64,000 bases of DNA, taken from positions 288,001 to 352,000 of the forward strand of contig OZ241841.1 of the NCBI GenBank assembly GCA_965202665.1, in the 5' to 3' direction. Below the pieces are notes generated by a model. The model worked only from the letters and a program-made list of their open reading frames with translations, did no database searches and was not told the DNA's origin. The translations under genes and the position numbers were made by a program. Positions 1 through 9,831 of this stretch are shown in pieces (position 1 is the first letter of the stretch; each line of letters starts with the position of its first letter). The stretch comes from Candidatus Spongiisociaceae bacterium (lineage in GTDB: Bacteria > Actinomycetota > Acidimicrobiia > Spongiisociales > Spongiisociaceae).

Positions 1-256
1 CCGCCGAGTCGGTGAACAGGTAGGTGGACCAGGAGACCGGCATGCCCGCCATTTCCGGGATGATCTGGTACAGGCCGGCCGCTTTGCACCCGTCCAACAT
101 GGCGTAAAAATAGTTTACGCCCCCCTCCGGGCCGGGAGCCCGCTCCCAAGTCCAGCCGAACATTCCGGAATAGAACTCCCGGGCGGCTTCCCCGTCCTTT
201 GCCGCCAACTCCGTCCAAGCCGGAGTTCCCACCGGATGGCCGTCTCTTTTAGGCAT
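1..256 (-). CDS. VOC/glyoxalase family protein, 5' part (runs off the left edge)
   Basis: Manual translation MPKRDGHPVGTPAWTELAAKDGEAAREFYSGMFGWTW; paralog of the adjacent gene; GGAGG RBS upstream. Confidence 0.8.
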   Translation of the reverse strand, partial: MPKRDGHPVGTPAWTELAAKDGEAAREFYSGMFGWTWERAPGPEGGVNYFYAMLDGCKAAGLYQIIPEMAGMPVSWSTYLFTDSA

Positions 257-319
257 TGTTTCCCTCCTTGCTGTCGGGGATACTCATCGAGGGGTTCCGT
301 ATGAACCGAACCCGGAGGA

Positions 320-1177
320 CTACTGGGCGGGCCACTCCCGCATCTGCAACACTGAGAACACTCCGCCCTGCGGATCTTGCAAAACGGCTACATCCCCGCC
401 GGGGGTGGGGAAGGGACCCCTCAGAACCCGCCCGCCCAACTCGGCCGTCCGGGCGGCGGCGCCGGCGGCGTCGGCGGTCCCGAAATAAATGTTCCAACAG
501 TTGTGAACTTCGGGGGAAGGGAGTTGCATCAGGCCAGCCACCATGCCGCCCTCCCGCATCCACAGCTTGTAGACCGGGCCGTCGCCGTAGGGGGCGTCTT
601 CCAGCCCCCAGCCGAACACCGCGCCGTAAAACCGGGCGGCCCGTTCCAGATTGGGCACGATCAGCTCCGTCCAACTGTGGGCGCCCGGTTCCAACACCAC
701 CCCCATTCCCCGATGGGACCGCGGCTCCCACAACCCGAAAGGCGCCCCCTGGTCGTCAGCTGCGATAGCCATCCGGCCCGTATCCATTATGTCGCAGGGG
801 GGCATTATTTCCGTCCCGCCTGCCGCCAGAACGGCGGCGTGCGACTCATCCGCCGAGTCGGTGATGAAATAGGTGCTCCACACGGTGGGAATGTCCCCCA
901 TCTCGGGGGTGATCTGCGACTTTCGGGACATCAAGAAATTAACAATGGGGGGGTGGGGGGGAATGTCCCCCATCTCGGGGGTGATCTGCGATATCCCCGC
1001 CACCAGCCGTCCCGCCAGCGAACTCGTGGAATACATCACGCCCCCGTCCGGGCCGGGCACGTCCTCCCATTCCCATCCGAACAGGCCGCCGTAGAACTCT
1101 TTGGCCCCTGCGGCGTCGGCGGTGGCCAGGTCCACCCATCCCGGGGTTCCCGCCGGGTAATTGTCGCGATTGGGCAT
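320..1177 (-). CDS. Two-domain VOC/glyoxalase family protein with a 24-aa in-frame insertion
   Basis: GTPGWVDL...FYGGLFGW and WTEL...FYGAVFGW motifs; start MPNRDNY chosen by analogy to the paralog. Confidence 0.85.
   Translation of the reverse strand: MPNRDNYPAGTPGWVDLATADAAGAKEFYGGLFGWEWEDVPGPDGGVMYSTSSLAGRLVAGISQITPEMGDIPPHPPIVNFLMSRKSQITPEMGDIPTVWSTYFITDSADESHAAVLAAGGTEIMPPCDIMDTGRMAIAADDQGAPFGLWEPRSHRGMGVVLEPGAHSWTELIVPNLERAARFYGAVFGWGLEDAPYGDGPVYKLWMREGGMVAGLMQLPSPEVHNCWNIYFGTADAAGAAARTAELGGRVLRGPFPTPGGDVAVLQDPQGGVFSVLQMREWPAQ
887..991. repeat. Perfect 33-bp direct repeat (887-919, 959-991) around a 39-bp unique insert
   Basis: gggaatgtcccccatctcgggggtgatctgcga occurs twice, period 72. 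Confidence 0.95.
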
Positions 1178-1284
1178 TGCTTTTATCCTTCTGCTCGCTT
1201 CACCGGTTTGCCTCACCGGTAGAAACCCGATGGTAGTCCGCCGGTGCGACAAAACCCCTATTCGAGGGGGGTAATCTTGATATC

Positions 1285-2010
1285 ATGACCGTCGACCCGA
1301 CCCCTCCGGAGGAAAGCCAAGAGGAAAACCAGCCGGAGCCCGCTTCGGCGGGAAACAAACCGGGTTGGCGGAGCCGGGCGGCGGTGGGAGCGGCGCTGGC
1401 GGCGGCGATGCTGATTTCCCTGGTGATAGCCCTCCGGGAAGGCGACTCGGGCGCCGGCGAAGTTTGGGAAACCCCGGGGGCGGCCGTAGTTTCCGGACAG
1501 GCCACCGGGGAAAGCCCGGACGGAGCGGCGGGGGGCGAACCGATCCCGGCGATCGACCCCGCCCAATTCGATGTATCCCAATTTCCGCGGGGGAGCCTGG
1601 CCGGACAACCGGCCCCTGATTTTTCCTTCCCCCTGTTCGACGGGTCGCGGTTCGACCTGGCCCGGTTCTTCGCCGACGACGGCCGTCCGCTGGTTTTGAA
1701 CATTTGGGCCTCCTGGTGCGGACCGTGCCGCAACGAGATCCCCGCCATCTCCCGGGTGGCCGTCGCCAACCCCGACGTGGCCTTCGTGGGGGTGGCGGCC
1801 GAGGATCGCTTCTCGGAAGCGCAGCGGTTCGCCTTGGAAATAAACGCCTCCTACCCGATGGGCATCGAAGAAGACCCGGTGTCGGGGGTGTTCCCTTACG
1901 TGGGCCTGCCCACCACTTACTTGATTAACAGCGACGGGGTGGTGGTGCGCCAAATACAGGGGGAAGTGACGGCGGCCATCCTGCAGGCCTTCATCGACTA
2001 CGACTTCTAA
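1285..2010 (+). CDS. Membrane-anchored TlpA/ResA thioredoxin-like disulfide reductase
   Basis: N-terminal TM helix; LNIWASWCGPCRNEIP; GLPTTY. Confidence 0.9.
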   Translation: MTVDPTPPEESQEENQPEPASAGNKPGWRSRAAVGAALAAAMLISLVIALREGDSGAGEVWETPGAAVVSGQATGESPDGAAGGEPIPAIDPAQFDVSQFPRGSLAGQPAPDFSFPLFDGSRFDLARFFADDGRPLVLNIWASWCGPCRNEIPAISRVAVANPDVAFVGVAAEDRFSEAQRFALEINASYPMGIEEDPVSGVFPYVGLPTTYLINSDGVVVRQIQGEVTAAILQAFIDYDF

Positions 2011-2039
2011 GCCGGGACGCGCAACCGGGAAACGGGGAT

Positions 2040-2822
2040 CTAAGCGGGGGCCGGCTCCGACCATTCCGGAGGGCGTTTTTCCATAAAAGCGGCCACTCCC
2101 TCCCGGGCTTGGTCGCTCATCGTCACCGCCGTCAGCCCGGTCTGCAAAAAATCCAAAGCCCGGTCCAGGCCCATGTCCTGTATCAGGTAAAAACTGTCCC
2201 GGCCCAACTGCATGACCTCCGCCGGGGCCCGGGACAGAACCTCCGCGTACTCGTCCACCATCCGATCCAACTCCTCCAAGTCGGAGGCCACCGCGGTCAC
2301 CACCCCCAGCCGCACCCCTTCGGCGGCGTCGAATATCCGCCCGGTCATAAACAATTCCAAGGCTTGGCGGGCGGGCATCAAACGTTGCAGCACCGCCGAA
2401 ATCTGCATGGGCCACAAGCCTACTTTGATTTCGGTGGTTCCCAGCTTGGCCCCCTCCACCGCCAGCACGATGTCGCAGGCGGCCGCCAACCCGAACCCGC
2501 CCGCCAAAGCGTGCCCGTTGACGCGGGCGATGATCGGCTTCCCACCCCGGCGCATCACCCGGAACACATCGGATATCAGCCCCCGCATCCGGTGCAAACC
2601 CACCGGGTCGTCGAAAAACCCGCCCCCCAGGTCCCCCCCGGCGGAAAAGGCCCGCTCCCCCGCCCCGGTGAGGATTATCACCCGCACCTGCGGGTCGGCG
2701 ACCGCCTCCCGCAACCCCCGGTGCAACCGTTCCATCACCTCCCCGGACAAAGGGTTGCGCCGTTGCGGATCGTTAATGGTCAAAACGGCCCGGGTCCCGA
2801 ATGTTTCACAGTCCAGCATCAT
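2040..2822 (-). CDS. Enoyl-CoA hydratase/isomerase family protein
   Basis: AFSAGGDL, NGHALAGGFGLAAACD, EGVAAFMEKRPP; ATGA overlap with the add stop. Confidence 0.9.
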   Translation of the reverse strand: MMLDCETFGTRAVLTINDPQRRNPLSGEVMERLHRGLREAVADPQVRVIILTGAGERAFSAGGDLGGGFFDDPVGLHRMRGLISDVFRVMRRGGKPIIARVNGHALAGGFGLAAACDIVLAVEGAKLGTTEIKVGLWPMQISAVLQRLMPARQALELFMTGRIFDAAEGVRLGVVTAVASDLEELDRMVDEYAEVLSRAPAEVMQLGRDSFYLIQDMGLDRALDFLQTGLTAVTMSDQAREGVAAFMEKRPPEWSEPAPA

Positions 2823-3835
2823 CCCGCCCCGGACATCCCCGCCTCGGAAACGTAATCGGTGATCTCCTCCTGCAGGGCGGCTTTCCTCTCTTCGGGCAAA
2901 AAGGAGGCCCGCACCGAATTGCGGGCCAGCTGCTCCAAATCCCCCCGGGACAGGTTCAAAGCCCGGGCGATGGCCAAATAGTTGTCGGCTACGTAACCGC
3001 CGAAGTAGGCCGGGTCGTCGGAGTTGACGGTCACCACCGCCCCGGCGTCCATCAGCCGTTTCAGGTTGTGGTCGGCCAAATCGGGAAACACTTGCAGCCG
3101 CTGGTTGGACAGGGGGCACATGGTGAGGGGAATGCGCTCGGCGACCAGCCGTTCCACCAGCCGCGGGTCGTCCTCGGAACGCACCCCGTGATCCACCCGC
3201 TCCGCCCCCAGTTCGTCCAAAGCCGTCCACACGTATTCGGCGGGTCCCTCCTCCCCGGCGTGGGCCACCGCCCGCAGTCCGGCGGCGGCCGCCATCCGGT
3301 AGGCGGGGGCGAACGGCCCGGGCGGGTTGCCCCGCTCCCCCGAATCCAAACCCACCCCTTGGATGTGCCGCAGGTAGGGGCGGGCCTGCTCCAACGTTTC
3401 CAAAGCCGACTCGGGGGACAGGTGCCGCAGAAAACAGAGAATGAGAGTGGAGGTGATTTCCGGGGCCGCCTCTTCTTGCGCCCGTAGGAACCCGGCGATC
3501 ACCGTTCCCATGGCCACCCCCCGTTCGGTGTGGGTCTGCGGGTCGAAGAAAATTTCGGCGTGGCGCACGTTGTCCTCCGCCGCCCGTTGCAGATAAGCGG
3601 CCATCAGCCGGTAGAAGTCGTCTTCGGTCTGCAAAACGGCCGCCCCCCGGTAGTAGATGTCCAGAAACGACTGCAGGTCTTGGAACTGGTAGGCCCGCCG
3701 GATTTCCTCCACCGACCGGAACCCGATGTCCGTCCCGTTGCGAGCCGCCATTTCCAGCATCATCTCCGGCTCCAACGTCCCCTCGATGTGGATATGCATC
3801 TCCACCTTCGGCAATTCCCGCACGAACCGTTCCAT
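2819..3835 (-). CDS. add: Adenosine/adenine deaminase
   Basis: LPKVEMHIHIEGTLEP, HAGEE, DHGV, NSDDPAYFGGY. Confidence 0.9.
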   Translation of the reverse strand: MERFVRELPKVEMHIHIEGTLEPEMMLEMAARNGTDIGFRSVEEIRRAYQFQDLQSFLDIYYRGAAVLQTEDDFYRLMAAYLQRAAEDNVRHAEIFFDPQTHTERGVAMGTVIAGFLRAQEEAAPEITSTLILCFLRHLSPESALETLEQARPYLRHIQGVGLDSGERGNPPGPFAPAYRMAAAAGLRAVAHAGEEGPAEYVWTALDELGAERVDHGVRSEDDPRLVERLVAERIPLTMCPLSNQRLQVFPDLADHNLKRLMDAGAVVTVNSDDPAYFGGYVADNYLAIARALNLSRGDLEQLARNSVRASFLPEERKAALQEEITDYVSEAGMSGAG

Positions 3836-3906
3836 AACCTCCCTCCCTATGCCGCGGCCTTCCCGTAATCTTATCCCCGCCGCCTCCCCCGCCCTCCGGA
3901 AACTGC

Positions 3907-3942
3907 TAAAGAAGAGCGAGGGCGCCCGCAGGCGCCCTCGCT
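3907..3942 (-). terminator. Intrinsic terminator after the NCS2 permease
   Basis: 12-bp stem agcgagggcgcc/ggcgccctcgct with 4-nt loop, followed by CTTCTTT on the minus strand. Confidence 0.7.
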
Positions 3943-3967
3943 TGTTTCACGCAACCAACAGGTAAGA

Positions 3968-5332
3968 CTATAGCCAGTTGGAAACCACTGATTGGCCGAA
4001 GAATACAACGCAGGCCACGGTCACCACCCACATCAGCGGATGGATCTGGGCCATCTTGCCTTTCACGATCTTAATCAGCGAATGCATCACGAACCCGGCG
4101 GCGATCCCCACCGTAATGGAGTAGGTCAACGGCATGAGCACGATGGCCAGCAAAGCCGGGAAGCCCTCCTCCAAATCCGTGAAGTCGATGTGCCGCAACA
4201 GGCCGACCATCAGGAAGCCGATCACGATCAGCACCGGGGCGGTGGCCTGGCTTGGCACCACCAGGGCCAGCGGCGACAGCACGATGGCGATCAGGAACAA
4301 TATCCCGCACACCACCGAGGTCAGGCCGGTGCGTCCGCCTTCGGCAACCCCCGCCGAACTTTCGATGTAGCTGGTGTTGGAGCTGACGCCCCCCAGCCCG
4401 CCCAGGGCCGCTCCCAGCGAGTCCACCAAGAGCAGGGAGAACAGTCTGGGCATCCGACCGTTTTCCTCCACCAGTCCGGCCTGCTCGGCGATGGCGGTGG
4501 CGGTGCCCATCGTGTCGAAGAAGTCGGTGAGCATGAAGGTAAAAATGGTCAGAATGGCCGCCATGATCCCAATCTCGGTGAACGGGTTGGCCAAGTCCAC
4601 TCGGAACAGGGTGTCGAAGCTGACCGAAGCGTTGATGTTGTCCGGGAGGTTCGCCACATCCATAAACAGGGCGATGACGGTGGTGGCGACGATGGTTAAG
4701 ATCATCGCCCCTTTCACCCGCAGGCTCATCAGCACCACCGCGATCAGCAATCCGATGAGAGTGATCGCCGCCCCCCGGGAGTTCGGGTTGACGAACTCGA
4801 CAATCGCCCCGCCCTGCTGGATCAGTCCGCCGTTGACGAAACCGATGAACAGAATGAACAAGCCGATGCCCACCCCGATGGCGTATTTGAGGCTGTCCGG
4901 GATGGCGGTCATCACCGCTTCCCGCAAACCCAGCAACACCAAGACGGTGACCAGAATGCCTTCCATCAAGATCACGCCCATCGCCCCGGCCGGAGACAGC
5001 CCTTCAGTGAACACCAGCCCGAAAGCGACCGCCGCGTTTATTCCCAGCCCGGCCGCCATGGCGATCGGATAGTTGGAAAACACCCCCATGGCGATGGTCA
5101 TAATCCCGGCGATGAGGGCCGTGGCCGCCGCAATGGCCGGCGCGTTAAAGGCTGAGTCAATTTCGCCCAGGGCGCCGAGGATATCGGCGTTTACGAACAG
5201 GATGTAGGCCATCACCAGGAAAGTGGTGACGCCCGCCCTAACCTCGGTTCCGAGCGTGGAACCCCGCTCGGCTACCTTGAAAAAGGACAGCAAACCAGGC
5301 TCCGTGGTGGTCCCTCCTTCTACGGATTTCAT
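3968..5332 (-). CDS. NCS2/AzgA-family purine permease
   Basis: TEVRAGVTTFLVMAYI, DFFDTMGT, YIESSAGVAEGGRTGL; about 13 TM segments. Confidence 0.92.
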   Translation of the reverse strand: MKSVEGGTTTEPGLLSFFKVAERGSTLGTEVRAGVTTFLVMAYILFVNADILGALGEIDSAFNAPAIAAATALIAGIMTIAMGVFSNYPIAMAAGLGINAAVAFGLVFTEGLSPAGAMGVILMEGILVTVLVLLGLREAVMTAIPDSLKYAIGVGIGLFILFIGFVNGGLIQQGGAIVEFVNPNSRGAAITLIGLLIAVVLMSLRVKGAMILTIVATTVIALFMDVANLPDNINASVSFDTLFRVDLANPFTEIGIMAAILTIFTFMLTDFFDTMGTATAIAEQAGLVEENGRMPRLFSLLLVDSLGAALGGLGGVSSNTSYIESSAGVAEGGRTGLTSVVCGILFLIAIVLSPLALVVPSQATAPVLIVIGFLMVGLLRHIDFTDLEEGFPALLAIVLMPLTYSITVGIAAGFVMHSLIKIVKGKMAQIHPLMWVVTVACVVFFGQSVVSNWL

Positions 5333-5490
5333 AATCCCTCCTATCGCTGGCTTCCACTTTGCGCCGCCCGCCCGGACGGCGTCTCGCCCGCCAGGTTAGT
5401 CAAGCAAATCCGGATGGTGCGGTATTTGTTCCAAACTTTTTGACCGGCTACGGAAAAGAAAGGTTACCGGCGCCCGGGCGCTCCCGGAGG

Positions 5491-6681
5491 TTACTTGAGA
5501 ACGTCACCGGTTTCTTTGTCGAAGAAATGCAATTTGGCGGTGTCCACCACCAATTCGGCCGGACCGCCCACCGCCGGGGCGTAGTCGGGATTGACGCGGG
5601 CGGTGAACTTGGTTTCGTCGCCCAGGGACGAAGTGTCGGCGCCTTCGTCGGCCAGCAGGGCTTCAATGTCGGCGGTGACCACCGGCGGCACCGGGGCCGT
5701 GAAATGGACGAAGGCCTCCGAGCCCAGCTGTTCCACCAAATTGACCTGCACGGTGATGGAAGAACCGCCCTCCCCGGCCGCGGAGCGTATTTCGAAGGCT
5801 TCCGGGCGCACCCCCATCACCACCTCCTCCCCCGCCCGGTCGGCCAGGGACTCCGGCAGGTCGGAGGGGCTGACCGCCAGCGAATGGGGGCCGAAGGCGA
5901 GATGGACTTCGCTCCCGTTGGCGGAGGCGGCGGCGTATACGAAGTTCATGGCCGGCGACCCGATGAACCCGGCCACGAACAGGTTGACCGGATTGTCGTA
6001 GAGTTCCCGGGGGGCGGCTATCTGCTGCAGGTTGGACTCTTCGGAGGTGATGGCTTTCAGGACCGCCACCCGATCCCCCATGGTCATCGCCTCCACCTGG
6101 TCGTGGGTCACGTAGAGGGTGGTGGTTTCCAGCCGGGAGTGGAGCAACCCCAGTTCGGAGCGCATCTGCACCCGCAGTTTGGCGTCCAAGTTGGACAGCG
6201 GCTCGTCCATCAGGAAAGCGGCCGGTTCCCGCACGATGGCACGCCCCATCGCCACCCGTTGCCGCTGGCCGCCGGACAGGGCCCGCGGTTTGCGGTTCAG
6301 GTATTCGGTGATTTCCAGGATGCGGGCCGCCTCCTCCACCCGCTCGGCGATTTCCTTCTTGGGGGTGTTGCGCAGTTTGAGGCCGAAAGACATGTTGTCC
6401 CGAACGGTCATATGGGGGTAGAGGGCGTAGTTCTGAAAAACCATGGCGATGTCCCGGTCTTTGGGGGCCACATCGTTGACCACCCGCTCGCCGATTCGGA
6501 TTTGGCCTTCGGTGATGTCCTCCAACCCGGCCACCATCCGCAACAGGGTGGACTTGCCGCACCCGGACGGGCCGACCAGCACCACAAACTCGCCGTCTTC
6601 CACGTCGATGCTCACATCGGCGATGGCCCGGGTGTCGTCGCCGTAGACCTTGCCGACCGTCTCAAAGGTTATTCCAGCCAT
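5491..6681 (-). CDS. Sugar ABC transporter ATPase (MalK/MsiK family), no permease adjacent
   Basis: [38 protein letters not shown]. Confidence 0.93.
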   Translation of the reverse strand: MAGITFETVGKVYGDDTRAIADVSIDVEDGEFVVLVGPSGCGKSTLLRMVAGLEDITEGQIRIGERVVNDVAPKDRDIAMVFQNYALYPHMTVRDNMSFGLKLRNTPKKEIAERVEEAARILEITEYLNRKPRALSGGQRQRVAMGRAIVREPAAFLMDEPLSNLDAKLRVQMRSELGLLHSRLETTTLYVTHDQVEAMTMGDRVAVLKAITSEESNLQQIAAPRELYDNPVNLFVAGFIGSPAMNFVYAAASANGSEVHLAFGPHSLAVSPSDLPESLADRAGEEVVMGVRPEAFEIRSAAGEGGSSITVQVNLVEQLGSEAFVHFTAPVPPVVTADIEALLADEGADTSSLGDETKFTARVNPDYAPAVGGPAELVVDTAKLHFFDKETGDVLK

Positions 6682-6853
6682 AGTCCGCTCCTCGCTATAC
6701 CGGTTTTAGCCGCCGAGATAAAATAGTAGCAAAGAAAACCGCACCCGGCGCGCCGAGGCCGTCCCCTTCCCCAAAGCTTGGCCTAAAACGCGAAAAAAAT
6801 ACTTAGCGGCCATACTTATTCCCCACTGGAACCCCCGTTCCCCGTTGCGCCGG

Positions 6854-7738
6854 TTACGGGCGGCGGAAAGGGCCGGGCACCCGGGCCACCGCCACATCGC
6901 AGGGGGCGCGGAACAGCGCCGCCTCGGCCACGCTCCCCAACAGCACCATGTTGGATCCCCCCATCCCCCGGTTGGAGACCGTCAGCAGATCGGCGCGGCG
7001 GGTGCGGGCCAGCTCGGCCAACGCCTCCGCCGGGGGGCCCTGCGCCACATAAACCGACACCCGGCCCTCCCAACGGCCCGCGAACTCCTCCGCCGACGCC
7101 CGCAAGGCCGACGCCCGCATCTGCCGCAACCGGTCCAACTCTTCCCGGCGCACCCCCGCATCCGACAGCGCCATCTCCGCATGGGCGGGCAGGGAAACCG
7201 CGGCGGTCACGCTCTCCCGTCCGGGGGACAACCGCAGGGCCAACTCCACCGCTTCGGCGCTGGATTCCGACAGATCCACGGCCGCTATCGCCCGCCGGTA
7301 CGGAACGCGGGGCTGGCGGCGTACGCACAACACCGGGGAATGCGCCTTGCGCGCCAAACGGGTGGTGCGCGGTCCCACCCGGAGATGGTCCAACGACGAG
7401 GTGCCGGTCACCAGCAGGTCCGCCGCCCGCGACCGCTTCACCACTTCCGTAGCCACCCGCCCGTCCACCAATTTCAACTCCACCGGGCAGGCGGCCCGGG
7501 CGTTGATCCAAGCCAACAGGTTTTCGGCTTCGCCGTGCCGATACAGCATCATCCGCTTCAGCATCTCGCCGGGCAGGCTCACATCGGGCGGTTCCGCCAC
7601 GTGCGCCAGCGTAAGGGACGCCCCCTGCTCCTCAGCCACCCGGCGGGCCCGATCCGCCACCCGCCGGGAAAGCGGGCTCAGGTCAACCGCCGCCAATATC
7701 CGCTTCATTCCCGTCCCGCTCGCCTCGTCCGCTTCCAT
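6854..7738 (-). CDS. Universal stress protein, two USP domains
   Basis: ILAAVDLS, AIAAVDLSESS, LLGSVAEAALFRAPCDV. Confidence 0.88.
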   Translation of the reverse strand: MEADEASGTGMKRILAAVDLSPLSRRVADRARRVAEEQGASLTLAHVAEPPDVSLPGEMLKRMMLYRHGEAENLLAWINARAACPVELKLVDGRVATEVVKRSRAADLLVTGTSSLDHLRVGPRTTRLARKAHSPVLCVRRQPRVPYRRAIAAVDLSESSAEAVELALRLSPGRESVTAAVSLPAHAEMALSDAGVRREELDRLRQMRASALRASAEEFAGRWEGRVSVYVAQGPPAEALAELARTRRADLLTVSNRGMGGSNMVLLGSVAEAALFRAPCDVAVARVPGPFRRP

Positions 7739-7794
7739 CCGGTTTCCCCGCTTCGGATCACTCTAACGGCGCGAGCCGGGCCGGAACCCCCGAT

Positions 7795-8895
7795 CTAACC
7801 GCTTTCTTCGGGAATAAACGCGGGGCGGAACTCCCCGGCCGTCCCTTTGTCCAACTCCCGGCCGCCGGCGGGCGGGGCCTGGTCCTGGCGCATCCACACC
7901 GTGCGTTGCGGGAAAGGAATCTCGATTCCGCACTCGTCGAAGGCTTCTTTCAGACGGCGGCGTATCTCCCGGCTGACCGCCCATTGCTCCCCCGGCTCCA
8001 CTTTGGCCATCAGGCGAATGGCGATGGAATTCTCGCCGAAGGCCTGCACCCCGGCGATGGCCGGTTCCTCCAGAATGGTGGCGTGCGGCAGATTGTCCCG
8101 CCACACCCCGTCGGCCGCTTCTTTGATGACCGTCATGGCCTGTCCCAAGTCGGTGTCGTAGGCGACTTCGATGTCCAGCACCGCCCGCGCCCATTCCTGC
8201 GACATGTTCGCCACCCGGCTGATCTCCCCGTTGGGAATGTGCCACAGGGAGCCGTTGATGTCCCGTATCTGGGTGGTGCGCAGTTTGACCTCCTCCACCA
8301 CCCCCACCGCCGAACCCACGTCCACCACGTCCCCCACCCCGTACTGGTCTTCCAGCAACATGAAAATGCCGGTCAGGAAATCCCGCACCAGGCTTTGCGC
8401 CCCGAAGCCGATCGCCACCCCCACGATCCCCGCTCCGGCGATCATCGGCCCCAGGTTGATGCCGAACTCGCCCAGGGAGATGAGAATCGCCAAGCCGTAC
8501 ACCGCCAGGGACGCCGTGGAGCGGAGCACGGTGCCCAAAGTGCGGGCCCGTTGCTCGGAGCGTTCCTTCTGCTCCATCAGCCGCCGCGCCCGGCGCAGGG
8601 CGGCTTCCCGCAAACCCCCCTCCTCCCCCGTCGCCCGCTCCGCGGAGGCGTCGGCGAAGGCCTGCTCCCGATGTCCCAGCCAGGTTTCCACCCCCCGGTC
8701 CACCCAGCGCCGCGCAATGCGGGCCGCGATCACCGCCACCAGCAGAATCAGGGCTACCTTGAGAGGTATGCTGATAGCCCCCAAAATCTGGGCCAGGGTG
8801 GCGTTGGAAGTCCATTCGTAGACGAGGCTGCAAACAGTGCCCGGTTCGGCCCCGCATGCATCCGTTACCGATTGTCCTATTAGAAGTGGGAACAT
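7795..8895 (-). CDS. Small-conductance mechanosensitive channel (MscS family)
   Basis: GAGIVGVAIGFGAQSLVRDFLTG, IPNG, IEIPFPQ. Confidence 0.92.
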   Translation of the reverse strand: MFPLLIGQSVTDACGAEPGTVCSLVYEWTSNATLAQILGAISIPLKVALILLVAVIAARIARRWVDRGVETWLGHREQAFADASAERATGEEGGLREAALRRARRLMEQKERSEQRARTLGTVLRSTASLAVYGLAILISLGEFGINLGPMIAGAGIVGVAIGFGAQSLVRDFLTGIFMLLEDQYGVGDVVDVGSAVGVVEEVKLRTTQIRDINGSLWHIPNGEISRVANMSQEWARAVLDIEVAYDTDLGQAMTVIKEAADGVWRDNLPHATILEEPAIAGVQAFGENSIAIRLMAKVEPGEQWAVSREIRRRLKEAFDECGIEIPFPQRTVWMRQDQAPPAGGRELDKGTAGEFRPAFIPEESG

Positions 8896-8990
8896 GTCCC
8901 AACCATACCACAGAGGAGGCTCCCTTATATGACTATGACGTTCCGGGGCCGGACTATCCGGGTTTGCCCGCCTCCGGGCCGGGGAGGGCG

Positions 8991-9644
8991 ATGACCCTGT
9001 TCGCCGACCGGACGGAGGCCGGGGAGGCTTTGGCGGCGGAAGTGGAGCATCTGCGCGGCGGGGACTGCCTGGTGCTGGGGCTGCCCCGGGGCGGGGTTCC
9101 GGTGGGATTCCGGGTAGCCGAACGGCTGGAAGCCCCTTTGGACGTGTTGCTGGTGCGCAAGTTGGGGGCTCCCCGTCGGCCGGAGTTGGCTTTGGGCGCC
9201 ATCGGGGAAGGCGGGGTGAAGGTGGTGGATTGGGAACGGGCGGAGCGGTTGCGGGTGAGCGAAGAGTACCTGCGGGAAGTGGAGGAACGGGAGCGGGCCG
9301 AACTGCGACGGCAGGCCGAACTGTTCCGGGCGGGGCGGCCGGGGATGGATCCGACCGGGCGGACGGCGGTGATAGTGGACGACGGGGTGGCTACCGGCTC
9401 CACCGCTTTGGCGGCGTGCCGGGTGGCCCGCCGGGCGGGGGCCCGCCGGGTGGTGATGGCGGCCCCGGTGGCGCCCCGCGGCTGGGAGGAGAATTTCCGG
9501 GGGGCGGCCGACGAATGCGCGGCGGTGGCCGCCCCCGCCCGCTTCTGGGCCATCGGCCTGTTTTACCAAGATTTCCGCCCCACCCCCGACCGGGAGGTGA
9601 TGGACCTGCTGGCCCGCTCCCGGCCGGACGGCGAAAACCGGTAA
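8991..9644 (+). CDS. Phosphoribosyltransferase family protein
   Basis: FADRTEAG, LGLPRGGVPV, VIVDDGVATGST; start uncertain. Confidence 0.85.
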   Translation: MTLFADRTEAGEALAAEVEHLRGGDCLVLGLPRGGVPVGFRVAERLEAPLDVLLVRKLGAPRRPELALGAIGEGGVKVVDWERAERLRVSEEYLREVEERERAELRRQAELFRAGRPGMDPTGRTAVIVDDGVATGSTALAACRVARRAGARRVVMAAPVAPRGWEENFRGAADECAAVAAPARFWAIGLFYQDFRPTPDREVMDLLARSRPDGENR

Positions 9645-9684
9645 CCGGCCCTCAGCCGGGACGCGGGGATATGCGAGAAAGGGG

Positions 9685-9758
9685 CTCCGGGGGTGGGACT
9701 TGAACCCACAACCTTCGGATTAACAGTCCGCTGCTCTGCCGAATTGAGCTACCCCGGA
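9685..9758 (-). tRNA. tRNA-Asn(GTT), CCA not encoded
   Basis: TCCGGGGTAGCTCAATTCGGCAGAGC...CTGTTAA...GGTTCAAGTCC...CCCCGGAG cloverleaf. Confidence 0.95.
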
Positions 9759-9831
9759 ACAGGGCGCGCATAATGCTAACAGACGCAAACGGCGGGTTGC
9801 GCCATGACCGGCCTCGTCGGTCGGGCGGCTG

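Noticed and set aside
5333-5490. Purine riboswitch upstream of the NCS2 permease
   Set aside because: No recognisable conserved aptamer core by eye; an Rfam covariance search would be needed.
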